This document shows, one piece after another, positions 55,541 through 64,000 of a stretch of DNA of 64,000 nucleotides (its first letter is position 1; the number at the start of each line of letters is the position of its first letter). Position numbers and translations under genes: made by a program. Under the pieces are notes generated by a model. The model was not told where the DNA came from. It ran no database searches and was given only the letters and a program-made list of their open reading frames with translations. Source of the stretch: Octopus vulgaris (Eukaryota); NCBI GenBank assembly GCA_951406725.2, contig OX597826.1, forward strand, positions 16,864,001-16,928,000, written 5' to 3'.

Positions 55541-55734
55541 ATCGTTTGTAGAAAATACAAATCCAAAAGAAGAAGCACAATCTGAGATGTAGTGTAGTAT
55601 GCATTAAAAATGTGGCAAGCTGGTTTATAGGCCAACAGGATTTAGGGATCTGAAGCTATTCCATAAAACTAAACCCTTAATGGATGGGAAACCTAAAGTA
55701 ATCCCATAAACCAGTCTTCCCCATTTTTAATTGT

Positions 55735-55791
<57 letters not shown>

Positions 55792-55808
55792 CAGTCGCCA
55801 TGATAGAT

Positions 55809-55986
55809 CGTTAGCCACTACACACATTTTTTCTCTCCTTGTTTTTTTCTGTGTCCCTTTCTGTAGAAGAGCGTAGGCTTGAAACGAAAAAGACTTTTGC
55901 TATTCCTGAGCGTTATACTAATACATCTGTTTGTTTTGTACGCCACCTGTCTTCGTCTTTTGTTTTTGTTTTTCGTAAACTCTCCC

Positions 55987-55988
<2 letters not shown>
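55809..55988 (+). mobile_element. ~175-bp hammerhead-like element, copy 2
   Basis: Matches 48016-48193; followed by (TA)n. Confidence 0.7.
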
Positions 55989-56030
<42 letters not shown>

Positions 56031-56037
56031 AGGTGTA

Positions 56038-56192
56038 CTTCTTTCAGTTTCCGTCTAGCAAATCCATTTGCAAGACTTTGGTCGGCTCGAGGCAATAATT
56101 GAAGACACTTGCCGAAGGTGCCACGCTGTAGGACTGAACCCAGTACCGCATGGTTGAGAACAAACTTCTTACTACACAGCCACGCCTGTGCC
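56038..56192 (-). mobile_element. SINE family A, 5' half (tRNA-like head)
   Basis: GGCACAGGCGTGGCTGTGTAGTAAG...GGGTTCAGTCC on the minus strand. Confidence 0.82.
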
Positions 56193-59174
56193 TTTATCAT
56201 CGTATCTATTAACTGTTTCAGGTGTTTGACAACGATCGTTTAACGACAGTGCCCTTATGATTTTTGTCGAGTCTAGTACTTTTTCTGTTAATATATTTTC
56301 TAGATAATAACGTTCAATGTACACTAGAGAACGTAACTCGACGGACTGAATTAGGTTATTTTTGTATTGTATGCTATCGTAAGTATGTGCGTGTGTGTGC
56401 TGTCTTTGTAACCTACCCCATTTTTACCTTCCTATCCCTACCTGATTCCACGTGCTCACTTGTATGGATGTGTGTAGCTGTGTATTGCTAATGTTCATAA
56501 TTATGTATATTTATACATCTGAATTTCTTTGCATTCCGCTGTCATTTTAACCGCACCCTAAATAAATTCCTACCTATACTTTAAAAAACAAACAAGAAAC
56601 GAGCGATTAGTTGGTCGCTTAGAGAGTTAACCAATTGTCTAAGAATAAAAAAGTGATATTCTATCAGTGTGTGTGTGTTGACAATTATTGGCGTAACGCT
56701 CCTTCCAAGACACAAGATTTGTTTTAACAGACGAATTCACATCAAGAACCTTGCGAACCAAATACAAAGACGTGTATATATTTTACCAAGCTTTAGTTGA
56801 AAGAATTCGTTATGTTATTATTTATTTAATTTTTTATATATGGTGTTTATATATCGTAATAAATTAACATCTTCGCAGATTTACCTATGTTGTAGCCTGA
56901 TCAATATCTAGGAAGTCCTTGTCAGTAATGATTAGCTCTAATCTAGTAGCAAGTATCCAGAAGAAAAATTCAAAGCGTTGAAAGTTATTGATTTCTATTT
57001 CTGATTTTGCCTATTTTTTTTTATTATAAATACCTTAATCATACTATTTCTGAATATTTGCTATGTTTTACTGTAAAATATGTCGCTGAATTCAGGACCT
57101 GCAGCAAATTACCAATCGATTGAAAGATAATAAGGTAAAGATTTATTTTATTGATTAGCTTTCTTTGCAAGATGAAAAGAAATTGAAGAAAGAGGAAATA
57201 AAATATTACAAACATAACGATTTGTTCTCCCACTTCGTTATATAATGATAGTTTAATATAAATATTGATAACTGTAAAAATAACTATTTAACTCACAAAA
57301 CTATTTATACAGTTCTGTGTCTCTAATCATCAAATTTAACTAGAGTCTAGCGCAGGTATTATAAATCACAGATAACAATTATATTTTTAGTGATTGATTT
57401 TAATTTTATTATTAATTCAAATTATCCATTAAATGTTAACAGAATATTCTGTTAACAAATTATTATTGTCAATGTCACGTCAATGTGGAGCACATACTTG
57501 AATTTGCTTCCCTTATATGCATGCAAATAATGTGTAATTTGTCTCCAAGTTTTTTTTTTGTAATAGAAATCCATCCTCGTAACGTAAAACTATGTTACTA
57601 ATTTTTGATACCTGATCATTAATAAGATGTCGCTAGAGCAATCAGTAAACCATAGAAAATGAGATTCATATTTTCATTTCATTAAAAGTTAATACTTTAG
57701 CTATAATTCTGCTGGACAAGAATCTACATTTTTGTTGTCATTTTGTTCGTTTGATTTTCAAAAAATATTTTAAACAAGAATTATTGAGCAGGATTTTTAA
57801 TTGAGAGACTTTGTAGAGATGTGTAGTTTATTAAAATCCATTACTGTTGAAGATATTTGAACAGTAATTTAAATGGAACAACTGCTTTTGTCTGTCTTGT
57901 CATTTTATATAGTTTGTAAGAATTGCTGTGTCCAGGAACCTTTACAGGGTTTGCGCAAAGGAAACAGAAAGAAATTCTCAAACAGAAAACTTGACCCCAT
58001 GGCATGCAACAGAACGGATACTGCCTCATGCGTCAGGAGGTTTGAACCCGGGCAGCTGATTAAATCAACTATGGATATATATGCATAAGCTCGTGCGCGA
58101 TGTGTGTTTGTCTGCATAAGAGTGCATACAGACAAATGAATTACATCTAAGAACTTACGAGTTGTGGTGTATCTTAAGTTCAGACTAATGATTGATTGCA
58201 TGGTATCACAAATTTCTTCGTTCAATTTTGTCGAGAAAAATAAGTGATTTCGCCATATGGTAATCTCCTTCGAAAATCTACGACAGCTACTTACATGATT
58301 TGCCTTCTCTATCGAGCACTCATGTCTTTCGTGCAGTGTGTCCATACACACTTACACATTCAAACACTGAGGAATGTGTAGATCTGTGTGTGTTTGTGTG
58401 TCTAAAACAGAGTTGTTTTATGCTTCATTTGTTTGTTCTGGTAGCAAATTTTTTTTCTTCAGTTTCTTTTTTCAGACGTAAAATCAATAGAATTTCAACA
58501 CTAATCAAAAGTAAAAATATGAATAGTAAAGAGTAAGTGTCGTAGATTGTATGTCTTTCATCCAGAAGCGTCTATATACGTGTGTTTGTATGTGTGTCTC
58601 TGTATTCATTCAGTGTTGTTTTATGGACGTAGTTTTATGGACCATTACTTCGATGGCAATAGTAGTTTTAAATCAAAGTTGATATCTTCCGAGTTGTGTG
58701 TAACGGGGATACAATAAAAGCTGAAAGCGTAAAAAGGAATCAACCAGATCACTAATTAATTAACTTATTTTTATAATGCATCTGGTCTGGCTTTTACACA
58801 AGACTTAAAGGAGGGAAAAAGCCTTTCGGCATCCAACTATCTCAAATACATGATATTAAAAGGAAATGTCTTAATGATCATCAGTATGATACCGATACAT
58901 AGGTTAGTGAAGTGGACAGAGTAGAATGGTTTTCTCCCTAAATTCGCAGTTTCATTTACTTGATATACTCGTTATTTTCTTATAGCCATGAGGGGAAAAC
59001 TATATATTTCTGAAGAACATTTTGAAATAAAACAATAAAACATGATGTGAACTGGATTTTCCATTCGTCTGTATCAAAATATTCATTAAGTACAGACACA
59101 CACATATACACACTCACACTGACATATATATATTGGCTATACTGGCAATATGACCATCCACAAATACAACAATA

Positions 59175-59236
<62 letters not shown>

Positions 59237-60637
59237 TCTGTGTATGTGTGTGTGTGTGTGTGTGTAATTATCATCATCATCATCATCAGAAATTTGGGAT
59301 CTCCGATGAAGTTTATCAGATTGTCGTAAACGAGGATTGAGCACTGAAAATGAAATCACAATTTCAAGAGCATATCTGAAAACATAAACCCAAACCCAAA
59401 ACTAGATCAATATATAGATTCAATATTGTTTTGTATAATCAATATTTATTCCATTTATTTTCTTTCAATAATTTAATGATAATACACACATACAAACACA
59501 CACACACACACGCAGGCATGCACGCGTAAGCTAACACACATACATGTACGCGTAAACCCACTTGCATGTTTGTGTGTATACACTCCCTCCCTCATTCTTC
59601 CACTCTGTCTATCTATCACTCTATCAATCTATCTATCTCTCTATTTCACTTATTTGACAGTTGCTTGTCTTTAATCTGCTTCCTGACTTGTTCTTTGGAT
59701 AGTGGTTTGTTAATACGCTTTCTCTAATTTAAGGAGAAAAGAATCGAAAATGTTGAATAAATTGTTCACCGTAAAAGCTTACGTTTGAATAAAATAGCAG
59801 ACTCAGCTATAAATTATAAACTTAACAGCCGGGATTAGCATCTAATGGAATTCTAGTTTTCTTTGTATTTCTCTATGAATCATCATATTTGAATCTATCG
59901 GTATGAAGGACAAATGGGAGAAAAACAGACAAAGACAGAGAGAGTGAAAGAGAGAATATGAGAGGTGAAGTAATAGAGAGAAATATCGAGAAAACAGGAA
60001 AATGACGACGCATATATAAATGCTATAAGGACGAAGTAGGTAAAGATATAATAGAAAGGCGTAGGAAGAGACAGAAATATTTTGCTACGAGGTTGAAAGA
60101 GAAAGACTACTGTTCGATAAAGCAGAAAAAGAAAAATGTTAAGGCAGAACAGAGTAATGGAAATGGAAATGAAGAAATCAAAAAAAAAATTAAAAAATTA
60201 AAATTGGTGAGAGAAAAAATATGACGTTCAGGTGACTGAAGTAGAAATATATGAATAAAGGATTTGTTTGCGAGAAAAGTCTAAAGAGAAATATAGAGAT
60301 AAAAACGTTGAGATGAAAAAAATTTGACAGATAAAGCGAATAGAGATGAGGTTAAAGACAAGAAATGATAAGACAGAAAGTGACAGAGTGATAGAATAGA
60401 GAACATTTATGTACAAATGTATTTGCCTAGGTGTGTGTATTATGTTTGTCAGCGCGTATGTGTGTTTGTGTTTGTGTGTAAATATGTTTTTTGTGTATGT
60501 GCGTGTGTATACATTTATCTGTATATATTTAATAGATACATGTATATGCATATATTACACATATTTATGCCTATATGAGTGCATATATTTAAATATATAA
60601 ACAATTATATATAAAAACTCACAAGCAGGAACAAATT

Positions 60638-60638
<1 letters not shown>

Positions 60639-60686
<48 letters not shown>

Positions 60687-60691
60687 AATAA

Positions 60692-60757
<66 letters not shown>

Positions 60758-61012
60758 ATACATACATACATACATACATACATATACATACATATACATA
60801 CATATATTGAATATATATTTAAATGCGCGTTTATATGCATATATAGTAAACAAACCCATTCTTATAAAAAGAATTATCATCAGTATATATATATGTATAC
60901 ATATGTATACAAGTTGAATGCATATATATATATATATATATGTATATATGTGTGTGTGTATGCGTGTGTGTGTGCGTGTGTGTATGTCTGCTTGTCTGTC
61001 TGTCTGTCTGTA
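60639..61012. repeat. Compound (TA)n/(CATA)n/(TG)n/(GTCT)n microsatellite region
   Basis: Directly visible. Confidence 0.93.
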
Positions 61013-61140
61013 TAGGAGGCCGTGCACTCTAACAATCTCGTAATGAAACATCAAATTGGAATACACACAATTCAATAAGTTAAACTTATAATGCCGTTAC
61101 TTAGCCATGGAAATCAGAATTCGCACTAACATCACCTATA

Positions 61141-62154
61141 TACAGGGTGCGGTGAATAAATCGTCGTCTAAATTACGCAAAAATGACAATAACACTGACA
61201 TCTCATTTTAACAGAGATATTTACTAAACTTTCAAAAATATATCTTGAAATACTAAAGAGTAAATTTATTTAATAAAATCGTCATTGACTTTAACCACGA
61301 ACCCCAGATGACTTCGGAATCTCATGTAACTCTTCTGTGTGGTCTTTTTGTGTAAGATGGTGAACGCTATCATAATCGTTGCCTCCAGTTCATCTTTGGT
61401 CTTACAAGGAATTTTCTTGGTCTCTCGCTCTACTGCGCACCACGCGTAATAATGAAGGATTTGCAGTCTGGGGTGGGGTACTGGCCAGATATTAGGAGTG
61501 ATGTGGTCACAGTAATTGTCTGGCAGCCATGACTGGGTTTTCTTGCTTGTGTGGTATCATGCAGAATCCTGTTTGCCAGACATAGGGTCTTCCAGCAACC
61601 ACCGTCTTGACTGAAGGCAGCACTACCTCCGCCAGGCATTTGATGCAGGCTTCTGTGTTGAGTCTGAGGTGGTGTGGGAAGATGAATGGAGGCATAACGT
61701 CACCATAACTAGTGATCACTCCAAGCACCATGATCTTGACTGGATATTTGATTTTTATCACTCTCAGTACATGTCCACATATTGCATTGTCCTCGGATTG
61801 ATACCCGAACACTCTGAAACATTTGTATTGGAGCTTCCGGTGCGAATTCCAAACAGTAGAGCATGTTGTTTCGAACGTTTTGGCAAAGTGAATTGATCCT
61901 CGTGGTGGTTTTACTCACGGACGGTACCGAACACTCTGAAACATTTGTATTGGAGCTTCCGGTGCGAATTCCAAACAGTAGAGCATGTTGTTTCGAACGT
62001 TTTGGCAAAGTGAATTGATCCTCGTGGTGGTTTTACTCACGGACGGTACCCAACTGACCCTACTATACTGCGTAGTCGACAAAATCAAAAACAAACAAAG
62101 CGCATGCACGAAATTAAAAATAAAAATGGCGACAATTTACCCACCGCAACCAGT
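61141..62154 (-). mobile_element. maT/DD37D transposon, internally deleted copy retaining both TIRs
   Basis: TA-CAGGGTGCGGTGAATAAAT at 61141 and ATTTACCCACCGCAACCAG-TA at the other end; IMVLGVITSYGDVMPPFIF, GRPYVWQ.DSA, TPNIWP...PDC. Most of the HTH and the first D region are deleted. Confidence 0.88.
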
Positions 62155-64000
62155 ATATGCATACATATATGTATGCGTGTATGCATATGAGTGTATATAT
62201 ACATATATACATGCACACACACACACACACTTGTATGTACGTACACACAGTCACTTACACATACACGCGCTCAATGTGCAATAAATGCTCATAGAATTAG
62301 GATTTAGCTTTCAACGATGTTAACCCACATTCTGACATAATGCTGCATATCAAGCTTCGTTTCTATGTATTCCGGCGAGAGCATAGAAACAAAGGCCGCA
62401 AATAGTTGAAGAAAAACAAAAAAATGTAATCTTATTGATATTCCATTAGTTACATTTCTATAGTCAATAATTAAGCAAATCGATCACAGGTCAGATCATT
62501 AAATAAGAAATCATCGAGATATGATGCCTTGTGTAAATAATCTCCTTATATATATAAAGCAAAATAACTTTGCTTCATCCAAGAGAACACAAGCGACATA
62601 CAGTAGATCAAAATCTGTCGTGACGAATATTGGATAGGTGATTGCGAACTTAAATAGGAATGAAGAACGAAATATAACATCACATAAAAACAAATATTGG
62701 TAACATAAAATAAACTGTTGGGAGTAAACGCTAAAATATAAATCAATGAATTCAAAATAACATAAAAACCTAGGGGTTAAAAGACTCAGGACTGTTTTGT
62801 TTTTTTTTAGATGAGATAAAGACATAGGAAGTGAGAAAATATATGGAGATGAAAAACACAAAGGTAATGTCTATACAAATGTAAAAATAATGACCATAAA
62901 ATGGAAACAAGGAAGTGAAGGAGTGAATATTTTTAATTAAGAAGAAAAATAGAAAAGAAGGAAGAAACAATCACAAGACGATGTCTATAGACTGAGGTAG
63001 CAGTTTAGCATGTTACAAGATAATTTAATCGAGGATGGACAGTATCCGAAGGAAGTTTTCAAACAACAGTGATCTCCTGCTATGCACTTTATATATCTGC
63101 AGTAGTGTACTCAACAATAGCGGAAGTAGCAAGTAACGAACAAATTCTAGAGATATCAGAGAAGGCTGTAAAATTCTTTGAGGTTTCCATCCTACATTCT
63201 TCGACAGAGAAAAAAATGTATTGGAGAAAATAAACCAAAATAAAAGCCACAAAAAAGAACAATAGAATGTAAAAATTCTAAGTTTAACAGTGACTGTAAC
63301 TTTAGAAATTAATGATTAAAATTAATTTAAAGATAAAATTATGATTAATTCTAAAGGTGTTTCCTAACATGGCGTGCTATCCTGACGGCATACAGTAGGG
63401 ATTGCAAAACATATTCTCAAAAGGATTATTATATTCTATAATGTATCCTAAAGGTGCATTTTAAGACATAATCATATTTCTCTAATATCTCTCCTGTCAT
63501 TAAGTGCAAATTTATCTTGAATATATTCTTTGCAATATTAAATAAAAAAATATATTACCAGTTATTTAATAAAAATACAGCTAGTTTCACCTATTTAAAA
63601 TTTTTAGAATTTATGTTTTTGTTGTGGTTTCCGATAGAAATAAGTTATGTGGAGGAGATATTAGTGAGTAATATGCATCTAAGGTTATCAGTAGGGATGA
63701 CATAACATCAAATACTTGGAATGTGTAAATATATGATCGCTGTGCCTCTCATGCTCGGTCCGAGAAAGTAATTCTGTATTGATGTGTCATTCGAATTGTT
63801 CAAGGGCTGTAGAGTAGCAGTAATCCATCCGTGCCCCCATTCACCAGTATTGACTTCCACTAAATATTCCCACGTATTTGTCAAAAGATGACTTTTCAGC
63901 ATTGGTAAAAGCAGTAATTGTGACGACCATTTCTAAAGAATGTCTTCTAGCTGGGAATTGTTGGAGGAAAACTGCAATATGTAGAGGCACTATCGAAATA

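Noticed and set aside
63700-64000. Coding-like sequence at the window end (64-aa ORF)
   Set aside because: No recognisable motif in any frame, stops present, and truncated by the window edge.

Overview
AT-rich, microsatellite-saturated eukaryotic DNA. The SINE families, with their internal (TA)n/(CA)n tracts, look like an octopus-type cephalopod genome (recognised from memory, not database-checked). I found no credible host protein-coding exon, true tRNA/rRNA gene or CRISPR array. Nearly all ORFs in the track are microsatellite translations or transposon fragments. The window is a nested collection of decayed mobile elements: three tRNA-derived SINE families; RTE, R4/Dong, Tx1/L1 and L2/CR1-like LINEs; Penelope-like elements; a Gypsy fragment; Tc1, mariner and maT DNA transposons; a non-autonomous Helitron; and a Helentron-type HINE. 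Most notable: (1) several hammerhead-ribozyme motifs, including a near-canonical type I fold at 3814-3864 and a degenerate hammerhead enclosed by ~135-bp inverted repeats at 54375-54791; (2) a Tc1 transposase split by an apparent spliceosomal intron; (3) a TSD-flanked ORF1-only LINE-like element; (4) a 500-bp foldback inside a Helitron; (5) a pile-up of Dong elements on (TAA)n tracts; (6) a near-identical 1237-bp tandem duplication. Boundaries of decayed elements were read by eye and are approximate.
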